A DNA stretch of 64,000 nucleotides from NCBI RefSeq assembly GCF_006345805.1, contig NC_043008.1, positions 46,438,001 to 46,502,000 of the forward strand, read 5' to 3'. A model generated the notes under the pieces. That model made no database searches. It was not told where the DNA came from and was given only the letters and a program-made list of their open reading frames with translations. Positions within the stretch are counted from its first letter, which is position 1; each line of letters begins with the position of its first letter. A program made the position numbers and the translations under genes. Below are positions 25,390 to 38,590 of this stretch, piece by piece. The stretch comes from Octopus sinensis. Its lineage: Eukaryota.

Positions 25390-26900
25390 AAGAAATGGAA
25401 TATATATCTGTATCTAACAGTCTCCATTGGGAAACTGCATTGCAGTTTAGTTTAGAGAGAAACAATGAGAACTCGTAAGCTTTCAATCGCCGAGCGTTTA
25501 GAGAAAGCATTCGACAAAGACGCCGCCAGGCGGCAAAAAGCATAAAACATAATCTTCGATAATTTTCATACAAATAAGAACATTCCATTGTACCTTCTGT
25601 TCACCATTACAACACCATAGATAATGCGTATAATTTAGTTCTCTACTAATTTGCTATTGTTGAAGTTATGAATTCAGATTCATCCTTATTTCATCAATAT
25701 TGATAGTTTTTCAATCAGGTATTCAAATTCTTTCGTATAAGTAATTTAAATCTGCCTGGCTTCTTTTCCAATCTTTGTATATGTTTTAAAATCAAGTTCT
25801 TATATTTTTTTCATTTCATCTAGTTTCAGATCACGAGCTGTGGCCATGCTGGGGCACCACCATTTGTACATTGTTCAAACTATTTTGATTTCTCTTTGAT
25901 TACATATAACTTTAATGCTCTACAAGTGACTTATATAATTCTGGATTCAATTCTTTTCACGGCTATATGCCACAATCATCTCCTGAACAAATATGCAATG
26001 AAATAGTATTAATTATTATTTACAATTATCGAGGATATAAATTAATATACTCAACAACAATTTTCAATTAGTTTCCTCTTATAACACCTCCTATTATCCG
26101 CCCCCCTCCCCGCTTTATTGCCCTCTCCACTTAGTATTCCTTTAAATCGCCAGAACTATCTAACTAATACGACCTAACAAAATGTCATCATGTCTCATTT
26201 AAGAACCTATGCCAAAATGAACACTTTTTAATCTTATCTTTTAAAACCGATCGCTTCTACATTTTAATTACCTTTCAGTGATAGCCAAGTATCTTTGCTG
26301 ATATTCTGAAATTGTTACTGATCCCTACTATCTACATTTGATTATTACACATTCTATAACCTCCTCTTGTAAATTTAAATTAATATGCTTTGTATCAGTG
26401 AATATCGTATGCTTCTTTAATCAATACATTCTAATCAATTCATTCTACTATATTAAAGTAAATAATTTAATCAATATTTGTTTATTCCTCATTCGAACAT
26501 TTTAAATCAAGAATTTCCAACGAGTCTATTACATATTTCTATTTATATATTCTCTCTTTCTATCTTCTTCCAATATCTACGCATGTAGACTTAAATTACC
26601 AATACTATCTCAATTATAATTTTAGCTTAACCGACTCAATCAGGTTTATAAAATTAAATTAAGTAATATTTTCTGACTTCTTCAAAATTATATAAGCTTT
26701 TATTAGTTAATCTAGTTAATTCATATTGCGACGCTAATTAAATACCATGAACTTTGCTCCTGAGATTCCGATGGCGGACTGATAAAAAGGTTTTGCTGAT
26801 ATCTAAAAATTACGTACAAATTTCCATCAAAATTTTCCCATAAATTTCTCATCAATTTTTCATTTATTTGCAGAATAAGCTTGTTTCATACTTCTTTCTA
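25390..26900 (-). mobile_element. Very old LINE RT remnant, probably RTE-like
   Basis: Degenerate motifs in the expected order on the minus strand: ID.KEAYD-like (about 26420), LF.GDD-like (about 25975), EFEYL (about 25720), ARRLKAYEF (about 25480). All are frameshifted. Confidence 0.4.
25806..25862 (-). mobile_element. Isolated RTE-type 3' tail
   Basis: Reverse complement of the 12905-12958 tail (GGTGGTGCCCCAGCATGGCCACAGCTCGTGATCTGAAACTAGATG). Confidence 0.75.
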
Positions 26901-27149
26901 CAAAAGTATTAATACGTTTTATTAGTAGCTGGTTCACAAACGTAGGCAAACACTTGTTCCTCTACTTTGTATTATTAATAACTATATTCTAGAAAGTCTG
27001 CCAGTATCCATTTTTCGAATATTTTCCTCTAGGGAGATGGCATTTGCACGTTTAGAGACAATGTATTAAGTATACGCTTATAATGCAATAGATATATACT
27101 GGCCAATATTTCCCCTGATCGGAAGGCTGTTGCGTCACAGCATAACCAA

Positions 27150-27285
27150 TTTTCAGGCCAGTGAACTGGAGGAAATCACATGAAGTGTTTTGCTCGAAAA
27201 ACCCTACGTGCTGCTAGGCCCAAGTATAGAACCCAAAATCTTGTAATCACGATGCAACTCGCAAAACACTAGGCCACGCACCTTC
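27150..27285 (-). mobile_element. Degenerate tRNA-derived SINE (family D)
   Basis: Minus strand GGTGCGTGGCCTAGTG (A-box-like)..GGGTTCTATACT (B-box-like)..TCGAGCAAAACACTTCA..CTCCAGTTCACT. Confidence 0.6.
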
Positions 27286-27573
27286 GCAGATGTTTGCGTG
27301 TGTGCGTCTGTGAAATAGAAAGAGACAGCACACATGGAGAGATTGGAACACCTCGTTATTTTGGATGAGAATACAGAAGCCCACACGAGACTTTACGAGA
27401 TATCGAAATATAAAAATAAGCATATCTATAGATCATGGGATTCAACTTGTCTCCCTTGGATTGGTCCGGGATTTTGACGAGAAACTGCGTTAACCACAAG
27501 GGATTTTACTTCTCAATCATCGTATTCGTGAAAACCCGTTCACGTCCATATTTATGAATATATATACACATAT

Positions 27574-27894
27574 ATGTACAAACACAAATCACGTAATTAT
27601 AGAAACCCTGGATCATGTCCCCTTCATGGGTTCTATCCAATTACCAATGCAGTATATAAAGGTGTTGTTAAGGATGAGGATAATCTAAATAAGTTTTATA
27701 TAGGAGGTACAGTAAATTTTAAGGCTAGATATAGGGCCCACGTGAGCTGGTTCTCCAACGAAAAATACTGCAACTCTACCACACTACCATCTTATTTCCA
27801 CGATCTAAAGAGGAATAATAAGAGTTATTCTCTGGAATGGCCCCTTATTTCGAGAGCCAGGGGAGTTGAAACCGCGATGTTAATTTTCTGTTAA
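27574..27894 (+). pseudogene. Penelope-like element GIY-YIG endonuclease remnant
   Basis: GSCPLHG..NAVYKGVV..KFYIGGT..FKARYRAH..F..EKY.NSTTL..Y..LK....Y.LEW.LISRA; same domain as 62804-63250. Confidence 0.85.
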
Positions 27895-28850
27895 CTACAG
27901 TCACCTGCGTGTTTTGCAATTTTTTTCTTCAACAGAAAATTTGGACTCGTCCGTTGATGGGATCTTCTTAAATTATATAAGCATTTATCAAACGGTAAAA
28001 GCTTTTCGTAAAAATTTTGATCTGCGAATGTTTTATGTTTATTCAGATGTGGGGGTCATCACCGTCATGCCCTTTAGTGTAAATAAACTGCGGTGGTCAT
28101 CTCACGAAATGGCCATAGATGTATGTGAATGTTGAATTTGACCGGTGATATCTGTTTATTATGAACTTTGAACGTATTTGTGTGAAGGGAGTAAAAGACC
28201 TTTTTCAAGATGTACATGGATTTAACCTGTGGATGTCTGTCTACTTATGAACAATGGATGTACCTGTGTGAGGGCAGTAAAAAACAATTTCAAATATATA
28301 TTTTTTTAATATTAATAGTTTTAAAAAAAATATATTTTAATCGTCAGATAAAATCGTTTTAGTCGGTGGACATTTATTTTATTTTTATCTTTATTTTATA
28401 TTTGTCCAGTAGGCTTTTGATAGTTTTGAATTTTAAGTCGTTAAATGTAACTTTTTGATAGGCCGTTCTGTTTGCATTTTATTAGGATATATTTTTACGT
28501 TCTAGGATTTTATGGATATGTATTATGGATAAGTGTTTGTAGACCATGGGGTATTTTTTTTATATATGATTAATTGTTTGAAGGGTGGTGTCGTATGTGA
28601 AGTCGTTGACCCACAATTGTTTTTTCTATATATATATATATATATATGAGGAAGACAATAAACGGAAAAGGTCCGGATATGATCAATATACGAAATAGTT
28701 GTACTCAAATGCTTTGAACTTACAGTTCGAAATCTTTGTCATCCAGGATTAAGTCGACGACGTAATGAGTGTCTATAGTAGAAATCCAGGTGAGCTGATA
28801 TGGAGATAAACGTAGAAAAACATGAGGGGCTCGATATAGGAAATATACAT

Positions 28851-28904
<54 letters not shown>

Positions 28905-28932
28905 GCAAATAAACATAGGGATAAATACAGAG

Positions 28933-29765
28933 GAATCTTTTCCTTTTGAACGGCACTTTGTAACTTAATTTCTAGGTAACTAAAAAGTTTTAAACTTCGT
29001 GTACTGGTAGAATGTGTTTATAAAGCATCATTTTCTCTTGGCTTTATTGAGAAAATTCCATAGGTTGTAAGATATTTCGTCTTTAATTTCGAGCATTTCG
29101 GCAATTTTAACCAATCACTGGCGTCCATTTAGGTAAATAACATTCTGTGCATAATGAATATGTCCCTCCTTTAAGAAACAGATTGGGTTTATTTACATTT
29201 GTGAATAAATTAAGTATCATACCCTTCTCCCACCCCTAACCCTAACCCTATCTAACCCTAACTTTCACCCTAAATCTAAAATAGATTGAAATGCAATAGG
29301 TCGATAATAGGGCCAAAATTATGGGTGACATTTTCATTTGACACCGCTAGAAAAAGAACCCATTTTCTGTAGCGGTGTCGTATGAAATTGTCACCCATAA
29401 TTATAATCCTAGTATCGATCTATTGCATTTCAATCTATTTTAGATTTAGGGTGAGAGTTAGATTTAGGGGTAGGGGAAGGGTATCTTTGTTCTTCACAAA
29501 TGTAAATAAACCCAATCTGTTTCTTAAAGGAGGGACATATTCATTATGCACAGAATGTTATTTACCTAAATGGACGCCAGCGATTGGTTAAAATTGCCGA
29601 AATGCTCGAAATTAAAGATGAAATATGTTACAACATATAGAATTTTCTCAATAATGCCAAGAAAAAATGATGTTTTATAAACACATTCTACCTGTATACG
29701 AAGTTTAAAAGTGTTTAGTTAACTAGAAATTGTGTTGAAAAGTACCGTTCAAATGGAAAAGATCC
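28933..29765. mobile_element. 833-bp fold-back (whole-element palindrome) non-autonomous DNA transposon with 8-bp TSD
   Basis: Arms 28933-29354 and 29363-29765 are reverse complements around the loop AGAACCCA. Termini are GAATCTTTTCC / GGAAAAGATCC. Direct repeat ATACAGAG at 28925-28932 and 29766-29773. (CCCTAA)n/(TTAGGG)-like units lie in the arms. Confidence 0.92.
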
Positions 29766-30545
29766 ATACAGAGAAACAAATACTAAAAATAATCGCCAGA
29801 TAAACAGTTATGTTTAAACATGTCGATATATATTTTTACATGAGAGATTTACGTGGAGTACAAAATATGTAGAAAACTAAGGGGTGAGTGCATGGTATTT
29901 CCGGTCTGAGGGCTACTTCTGAGTGCTTGTAAGTAGATAATAGTTGTAATGTTGGCAGATGGAGTGTGCAAAATGTGAAGAAAATGGGGCCAGGAGTGGA
30001 TGCAGGTAAACGTTACCGTTTACCGGCCTTACTCAAGCAAGTGGCGTTGGCATTTAAAGTTCCGGGCGATAATGCAGTGACATTTAAGAATAGAATGTTT
30101 GAAGGGAGTAAATACAAGTAAATGGAAGGCGAAGCAGGCTATTCGATTGATGGTATCAAATTGTATGTGCGTGTGCGTGTGTGCGCGCGCGCGCGCGTAC
30201 GTGTTTGCTGTTCACCACGGTTAGACATTTTAAAACTGCAATTCCATGGATAAGAGTTGATCGAATATTTCTGTAAAATATTATTTCTAGACCTACACTA
30301 TATGTCATAGAAAAATATTGGCATCATCACCAACATATTTTTCTATTTTTGACATAGGGTCAAGTAGGATACGCTTATATCAATACCAAAGTTACATCGA
30401 CTTCAAGTGAACAGCGTAGAATAATGAGTGATAAAATGTTTTTTTTTTAATTTGTGAAGGATTGAAACACACTTTGCGGGTGAAAGGGACCGTGCAGCTG
30501 CTCTATTGTGAAGCGATTAGTGAAATGGCTAGTGTTATACCTGTC

Positions 30546-30770
30546 TCTTTATTAACCACAAGGGGCTAAACATACAGGGGACAAACAAGAACAGACACAC
30601 GAATTAAGTCGATTACATCGACCCCAGTGCGTAACTGGTACTTATTTAATCGAGCCCGAAAGGATGAAAGGCAAAGTCGTCCTCGGCGGAATTTGAACTC
30701 AGAACGTAACGGCAGACGAAATACGGTTACGCATTTCGCCCGGCGTGCTAACGATTCTGCCAGCTCGCCG
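30546..30770 (-). mobile_element. SINE family B, full length, well preserved
   Basis: Minus-strand head GCGGCGAGCTGGCAGAATCGTTAG (A-box)...CTGAGTTCAAATTCCGCC (B-box). Confidence 0.94.
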
Positions 30771-31809
30771 CTAGTGTTATACCGTCTTCAGAAAGCTGTG
30801 CAATGGTAACAGTATTAATAAACAAAATACCAGAACTCATAATTACACTTTTAGATTTTGGCTTCTTAATTATAGATAGTTTACAATTAAATCTTTCTCT
30901 GTTTTGTAAATCTTGTAAGTATATTTAATCGATTCTGGTGATTATCAATAACTGTTTATAACTGAAAATGTTAATAGTATCCAAGGTGTGATATCGTTTT
31001 GATATCACTACTTTTATGAACTGCCGGTCTCTTAGGCGTCTTTCCATTTGCAACGTTTAAATATTTGATAAGATGTGCGTAGGTTTTATTTAAGGAATTT
31101 AATCATTGGTTTTATCTGTCGTCTTGAGTAGATATAGCATTCTGTATTATCAATGAAACAGGCAACAATTTTGCCATCAAAAGTAATAATTATAATGTAA
31201 CTGGTGTATAGATATATATCTTCATTTCCCTAACCCTCACTTGTCATAATGTTCTGACATGACTGATATCTCACAACGTCTCCTACAATAACTACCATTC
31301 TTCAATAATTAATTGCAAATAACCGAAACCTAACGCCACCGATTTCTTTCATCGATGATATGAAACAGAAAGTACGAGAAACAGGCGGAGGCAGGCGAAC
31401 GGCCACACCCACAGAAAGATAACCTCAGTGTATGTTTCTTGTTTTCGGTCACACACATTGTTCGACATACCACTGCCTAACATTATTTTTCCCTATTCGG
31501 AAATCTTTGTCAAGGTGTGTGAACTGCTTACAGACATCAATACAGCAGCGTCTATAGCAAAACATGGGAAACTGACTGCCATATATATCCTGATATATAT
31601 AATTAAAAACGGTAGGTTGGTCACGTCTGGTATACGTGTAATCCTAGACCTGGTTGAATAGTGATCAAAGTTGATATTGTATTAAAATTCAACCACATTT
31701 ACATTAGGCCCTTTATGCAGTCAACTGACATGCTAGAAATAATAGCGAAATATTCCTCAAATTACACTTTACATTTCCAATTAAAAAATCGACGCATTAC
31801 TCCGAGTAG

Positions 31810-31853
<44 letters not shown>

Positions 31854-31984
31854 AATTATATCTGGCATAAGGATAATTTGATACAGAGGTCACTGATAGA
31901 TTTTGTCTTAGCCTCAACCAGAGCGAATGCTTTGCTTTTCTCCTAAATCCAGTTACAAAAATGTCTTCTGATAGTCGCAAGGTG

Positions 31985-33075
31985 CATCCAAGGACAAGGC
32001 AAAACCTCAGTGGTGGGCGGGGATATCATAGAGGAGATTAAAGCTCTGAAACGTGGCGAGACCGCCAAGAAAATAAAATTCTTTTCCAGATCTTTAATGA
32101 TTTAACAAAGGAAAAAGTATTCTCTGCCCAGCTCGTACATGCATGGACCTGTGGAAAGACCTTTGGAGAAATGTTGAAAGCAAAATGGGTCTAGGGAGCG
32201 CATTTTCATCCCATCTTCTCCTGATTTCTATGAACTGGGTTTACATGTGCAGGCGTTATATAATTAGTATCAGAATCGGTAGAAGTGGGATCTGTCAGCT
32301 GATATATGCCGATGTTATGGTGCCACTTGGCGTATGAAAACATGATCACCAACCTGCATTGAATGTGTTTGCTATGAAATAATGCGAAGCAGGGATGAGA
32401 ATTAGTGTTGCAGAGACTGGGATGTTGATACGCATAAAAAGAAGGCTTGTCAGTGCACTCTGCATGTTAATGGAACATCACTAAGATATGTGGTCACGTT
32501 TAAGTGTCTCGGAACCATAATCATGAATGACCAGAAGCAGGAGACTAGATTGGATGCTGGAAGTTCCAGTTCCAGCATCAGACACTCAGAAAAGGATGGG
32601 CCAGTGGAAAAAATAATTACCCTGCTTCCTTCACATCTCTTTTCATGCCTCTCCTCACCAATGGTCATAAATCATAGGTAAAGGCCGAACGAGTAAGATC
32701 CCGTATACAAGCAGCCCAAAGGAGGATCTTCCGAAGGAATTTTGGAGTGACTTTTATCGACAATGTGCGCAGCTCGGAGATCAAAGAATCTCCCCATTTC
32801 CAGCAGCCACTTCCCTGTATGGAGAGGTCACAGTTACAGGGCTCCGGACGTGGGGTGATAGTATCCCTAGACAGAGTTGCATGAAGGATACCTCAAACCC
32901 AGCCAAGCGACAGAGTAGACCAAAAGTAAGGTGATTGTCGAATACCACATCTCCATGCAGTTTGCTTCGGGATCCAGGCAGAATGTGTAATAAGGGCTGC
33001 TTAAGTGAGGAACCTGTAGAGGAGAGAACTAAAATCCACAAAAAGAAAAGGGACACAGTGAACCATTGGTTCAAT
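31985..33075 (+). mobile_element. RTE-clade LINE, 3' half, decayed
   Basis: EEIKAL; LIYADVMV (YADD); EAGMRISVAET; FKCLGTI; TNGHKS; ERVRSRIQAA; VTFIDNVRSSEIKES; MERSQL, in the RTE order. Confidence 0.85.
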
Positions 33076-33427
33076 GGATGGAGAAATCACCACTGGCTGT
33101 GGTGCTTATCTTAGTTCCTACAGAATCAGAATAATATCTAACGTTCACTTACTTTCACACACCGATTATATTTATTTTACAATAATTTCTGTGTGTAACA
33201 ACAGTTCTTGTAATGCGGAAATTTCTGGTATATTTCTCATTCAATCATTCGGTATTATACTCGACAATGACCAAGTGACGTCACACGTCAGTATTTTATT
33301 GGTATAGACAAATATTTCTATATGCACATATGTTTCTAAAAAGTTATTTGGGTGCGTAAATGAACATCATTCAGCAGTTATTGACCTTCGTTTTCCGGAA
33401 TCTGTGGGTTCAGTCGACCTTTAATAG

Positions 33428-34432
33428 GGTTAGGGAAAGTCAAAAATTATACGCACTCTTGTTTCTGTAATTTATTAGGGTTTGAACAATTACATCATTT
33501 TCCGGTGCAATTCTTTCAGCGTTCCACAAACTTGCTTATTCCGACAGAGAAGAAGGGTCTGCTGGTTATGCCATCATTTATACATCACCTTCTGAACTTC
33601 TTTGTCCATAAAAAATTGATGTTTGAGCGGCCCAAAGAACTGATAGTCGGAAGAGCCGATATCTGGACTGTATGAAGAGTGTTTCAGCAACTGGAGACCC
33701 GATCTTTGAATGGTTTCAAAGCTGTAGGTGTAACCTACACTGGTGTTTGTAAACACTTTGACTTGGTAATGGTCCAGCATAAAACCAGCTGCGCCACATA
33801 AATCGAGTCATATATACATTGAGGCTTAAATGTCGTTATCGCCGGTGATTGTGAGTGTGTCCACTCCATACACTGCCTGTTGAATTCATGTTGTATGTGA
33901 TGGATCCATGTCTCATTTCATGTAACTATTCTCTCCAAAACCTTTTCCGTTCATCGTTGTAGCGATTGAGTAGGCGACAACAGATCTCCACAACACTGCG
34001 CTATCTCTCTTGTCCCCTATCTCGCACTGATTTTACGAAAGCGAAGCTTATCGTGGATGATTTCAGATGCAGAAGCGTATCTAATTTGGAGAGAGTGTGC
34101 CGCCTCATCGCTGGTTTACTCGTCGGTTCACCAAAACCATCTCCTGATTTGTTGTTTAACCTCCGCGCCAGTGGTGGAGGGTGATGGGCGCCCTTCTCCC
34201 TCTTCGTGCTTCACGTTTGTCTTGTCTCTACATTATACGGAATGGCTGCGATGAATTTCAGTACTTGTCACACATTCATATCCACAAATTTGGTCCTTTG
34301 GTCTCTGTTCCTCCTTGGCATACACTGATGCTGGAGCCATTTTTCTTCTGTAACACAACAAAGAAAACTGGAGCGGGCAGGATCAAACCTCGCTTTGGGT
34401 AGCACGGGTAAGATTTAACTATCCTTTTAATA
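33428..34432 (-). mobile_element. mariner (DD34D-type) transposon with internal deletions; transposase pseudogene starts at 34340
   Basis: MAP.SVYAKEEQR; EIHR; EGEGRPS; NRRV..DEAA; IIHDKLRFRKISAR; LERIVT*NETWIHH; QCMEW.H..SP; HSSYSPDIGSSDYQFFGPLK. Degenerate TIRs AAAGTCAAAAATTATACGCAC (33435-33455) and GCACGGGTAAGATTTAACTATCC (34402-34424). Confidence 0.88.
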
Positions 34433-34494
34433 ATTTTTATGATATAAAAGTTTGAAAAATTTAATGTGTGTTAAAAATTGTTGAAAATTCACTT

Positions 34495-34890
34495 ACGCAG
34501 GAGTGGCTGTGTGGTAAGTAGCTTGTTTACCAACCACACGGTTCCGGGTTCAGTCCCACTGCGTGACATCTTAGGCAAGTGTCTTCTGCTATAGCCTCGG
34601 GCCGACCAATGTCTTGTGAGTGGATTTGGTAGACGGAAACTGAAAGAAGCCTGTCGTATATATGTATATATATATATATGTATGTGTGTGTATATGTTTG
34701 TCCCCCAACATCGTTTGACAACCGATGCTGGTGTGTTTACTTCCCCGTCACTTAGCGGTTCGGCAAAAATAGACCGATAGAATAAGTACTGGGCTTACAA
34801 AGAATAAGTCCCGGGGTCGATTTGCTCGACTAAAGGTGGTACTCCAGCATGGCCGCAGTCAAATGACTGAAACAAGTAAAAGAGTAAAGA
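34495..34890 (+). mobile_element. SINE family A, full length
   Basis: tRNA-like head (TGGCTGTGTGGT A-box-like, GGGTTCAGTCCC B-box), internal (TA)n(TG)n at 34656-34697, RTE-type tail GGTGGTACTCCAGCATGGCCGCAGTCAAATGACTGAAAC + (AAAGAGT)n. Confidence 0.93.
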
Positions 34891-35902
34891 GAGAGAGAGT
34901 ACGCTGTATTTCCATGAGAAAATAAGATTATTGATAGCAAACGTTCAATTTAATTCCGACAGTGAACAATATTTACATTCTGATGTCATTATAAAATAGA
35001 CGAGTTTTAATGTAGCTAAGGTAACTTAATCCCAAACAAAGAATATAGGTTACAAAGGTACACTCTTCTTAGATGACACCTTTATTACGAACAAATCAAA
35101 TGCTTTTTGTCAAAAAGAAAAAAAATATATAATTTCAAAAGAAATAAAGTCATGCTTAGTTCCATAAAAATGTCCAACAGTAAAACTTGCAAAATAACCT
35201 TGAATCTTCAACTGTACTGCAAGTGTTATAGAACTGAGGCACTACAAAAATAGATTTGATCTTTGTAATCCATTTTAGGACAGTTCAATATATTACTAAA
35301 ACCATTTTCTAAGATACTGTCGGCAACTTATTGTTTACCTGATGGTGTTCGTGTGCTCCAGGGCACGTATATGTACATAGATGTATGAGTGCGTGTGCAT
35401 GTGTTTATGTGTGTTTGTGTGTCCCTCCGTCTTTGTACACGTCTGCACGTGTCGATTTCCAATTTGCGTTGTCTTCTTAGTAAGAGTTAAGCGATTTCTT
35501 TATTACTGACTTTGGAATATAAAGAATACACATGTATATTCAAGTACCGACGTTCATCTACAATATGGATTAACGTAGAATAACATATTTTATTGTCTAC
35601 GTACGTAATAAATACCGCAAGCCTGAAGTTGTGTGAAATGCTGTTTTGAATGCATTCTACTTTAACTTAATAATTTTTTAATAAAACGTGTTGTATATGA
35701 TATGACGGAATCGTTAGCAATCCGGACGAAAAATTTCTAGGCATTTCTTCGGTGATACGTTCTTACTTCAAATTCTGCCTTTCATTTCGGTATCAATAAA
35801 ACAGTACCAATTCTGGAATGGCGTCGATGTAAACGACAAATCCACATCCAAAATTTCAGGCCTTGTTCCTGTAATAGAACTGATTATTAAAATGGGAAAA
35901 GA

Positions 35903-36240
35903 CGGCGAGCTGGCGGAAACGTTAGCGCGCCGGACAAAATGCTATGTGGCATTACCTCCCAAGTACTAGGGTCGCTGTAATCGATTTGCCCCTTCCCCTC
36001 AAAAAATGCTCGTACGGAGCCAAAATATGAAACTATTATGACTTGACATGACTAGCAGACATATTGTCGCGTCGAACAAAATGCTCAATGGAATATCTCC
36101 TGAATGTATGCCTTCTAATTTCAATTGTCGCCATCGTCAACTCAATGAAATAAAATGCATCCCAAGTACTGGAGTCGATATAATCAACTTGGACCCACCC
36201 TTCAAACGCGTTGGCCTGATACCAAACTTTGAAACAGTTA
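35903..36240 (+). mobile_element. Two adjacent degenerate SINE family B copies (35903-36040, internally deleted; 36050-36240, very old)
   Basis: CGGCGAGCTGGCGGAAACGTTAGCGCGCCGGACAAAATGCT; AAGTACTGGAGTCGATATAATCAAC. Confidence 0.7.
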
Positions 36241-37164
36241 CTATTTTTATGAAACTTTAAACATTTGAGTTCGTGGAAGGAGGCATTTGTTCAACATCAG
36301 TTAATGCCTAATTAAGCAGCTACTTCATAATCTAATCGTTCGAACTAAATTTAGTGGTATAATTCAATTTTAAAAGCACAGAATATCTCGATTGCAGAGC
36401 ATTGGAAAGAAGATTTTGATGCATCTGGCTAATCGCAACTTATTAACTATTAGTGAATATCCCTGTATTGTTTAGGATTTAGAGACAACTTCTTAGATTT
36501 CTCCACCGATTTCATTCAATTATATTATTTTCTTGAACTCGATATAATTCACTCAGAACTCACTTGAAGTGTTGGTTTCTTCAGATTTACAACGATCGAA
36601 ATTCTATAAACATGCATCAAGCGAACGTACATAAACACACACACATATATAGAGGCATATGCTTGTATATGCGCGTGTATGTATCTACATATATCTATAC
36701 ACCTATATCGATAACTATGTATGCATGTGTAAGTATATATACGTGTTTTCTGATTTAAGGGAACAATAAGCTACTTGTACCTTCAGTAGGAGTTACAAAA
36801 TAGTTCAACTATGTCTTTGCGAGCGTGCATGAATTTGTGGTGTGTATGTGTGTGTGTAGAAAAAGAAGTTGAAAATGCACTTGTGTGTCTTTCGGATGAT
36901 TTAATTTGAAAGGTTTTGTTGGTTTCTCCGATTTTTCTGACTTTCAAGACTTCATTTTGCTTCGCGGGCTATCGAAGCAAAATCGAGTACATTGCAAGGG
37001 TGAGCTGCATGAATGGCAAACTATCATTACCTAATATTCTCCATAATCTCGAGGTGAACTTGGTTATTCACTGTATTTTAACACTCGATGTCACACACAG
37101 AGATTTCCAAAGACTTTATACTGCAACAGATACGTATACACAGACCACACGTGCGACCGATATT

Positions 37165-37184
37165 TCATGCATACATACATACAT

Positions 37185-37223
<39 letters not shown>

Positions 37224-37280
37224 GTGTGTGTATATATATGTGTATATATATATGTATATATATATATGTATATATATATG

Positions 37281-37325
<45 letters not shown>

Positions 37326-37473
37326 GTATATATATATATATGTATATATATATATGTATATATATATGTATATATATATATATATTATATATATATATGT
37401 AACTTATATATATATATATCAATGTATATATATATATATATATCAATGTATTTATATATATATATATATATAA

Positions 37474-37517
<44 letters not shown>

Positions 37518-37535
37518 TATATATGTCTATATATA
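37165..37535. repeat. (TA)n/(TATG)n microsatellite
   Basis: Directly visible. Confidence 0.97.
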
Positions 37536-37550
37536 TGTGTGTATTATGTA

Positions 37551-37735
37551 TAGTAAAACCAAAACAACGAAGGATAAACACAAGGAAAAAAGAACAACGC
37601 GAGGTTGTGGTGCATGCAAAGTCTTAGCAGAACCTTGGGGAAGGAAAGAAATGTGGATTTACGTTTCGAGCAAAGCTCTTCTGCAGAAACAGGAGTGAGA
37701 GAACAGTCCAAAAGAAAACGAAGAAGGAGGAAAAG
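37551..37735 (-). mobile_element. Probable Penelope-like terminal repeat, copy 2 of 3 (most diverged)
   Basis: ACAACGCGAG..GGAAGGAAAGAA..GGATTTACGTTTCGAGCAAAGCTCTTCTGCAGAAACAGGAG resembles 48385-48560. Confidence 0.5.
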
Positions 37736-37764
37736 CACTCAACAACGATTCACATGTGGTTGCA

Positions 37765-37797
<33 letters not shown>

Positions 37798-37859
37798 TTT
37801 GGTCGTACACAAATCCTTATGGTCGCCAATCATACATGGCGGCTGAGGTTGACGAGTGT

Positions 37860-38220
37860 CCGAGAAGAAACCATTATTTCAGATGCTGGAATTTATTATA
37901 TAATCCTGTGTAATTTATGGCCGATGACCGCTTATGTGTAATGTGATTCAATGCAGAAACGTACTGAAATAAATGAAAACAATCTCTTTATGGTGAGCTC
38001 AACTCTGGTAATTGACCGCAACATACGCCGAGTAAAAGATATAAATACTGCGTGAAAGAAAACCTGAAAAAACTGGATATGAAGAAAAGTGATTGGGAAA
38101 CGGACGCCCTTGATTGGAGCAAGTGCAGACGTTTTGTTAGGACTGGTTGCAAGCCTGGGATGGATTCAGCCGTCTGAGCTTAAAAGGGTGTGAAGCTAAG
38201 GAACAACTGAAATTAGCTAA
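37860..38220 (+). mobile_element. RTE LINE C-terminal fragment
   Basis: LFYGEL-like SLYGELNSG; KRYKYCVKENLKKLDMKKSDWETDALDWSKCRRFVRTG. Confidence 0.75.
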
Positions 38221-38535
38221 GAATATTGGATGTGTACTATGTTTGATCATGTTCTCTTCTCATGTGTCATTTGTCACAAAATGTGTAAGACAATATCTGG
38301 ACTTCAAAGACAGATGCTATTTCACAAAAAAATTACCTTCAGAATCAGATTAGAAAGAGCAAAAATATAGAAGAAACTTGAATAATATCTCACTTGTGTT
38401 TTAAATCCTGTCAGTCTTAAAAGTCAACTGAGAGCTGATCAACGTAGGAATTGTTCTGTATGATGCTGTGCGGTGTATGTGGAAAGGCTATCACCTTTCG
38501 AGATGAAGCAATTATCCTCATCATCATATATATGA

Positions 38536-38590
38536 GGCGGTGCTGCAGCATGGTCGCAGTCAAATGACTGAAACAAGAAAAAGAACACAA
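38536..38590 (+). mobile_element. Isolated RTE-type 3' tail
   Basis: GGCGGTGCTGCAGCATGGTCGCAGTCAAATGACTGAAACAAG. Confidence 0.8.

Noticed and set aside
28672-28706. CCGGAUAUGAUCAAUAUACGAAAUAGUUGUA downstream of the 27574 endonuclease as a pLTR hammerhead
   Set aside because: The core does not match CUGANGA and the stems do not form.
29234-29480. (CCCTAA)n/(TTAGGG)n as an interstitial telomere or fusion scar
   Set aside because: The units are short, degenerate and mirrored inside the TSD-flanked fold-back element.
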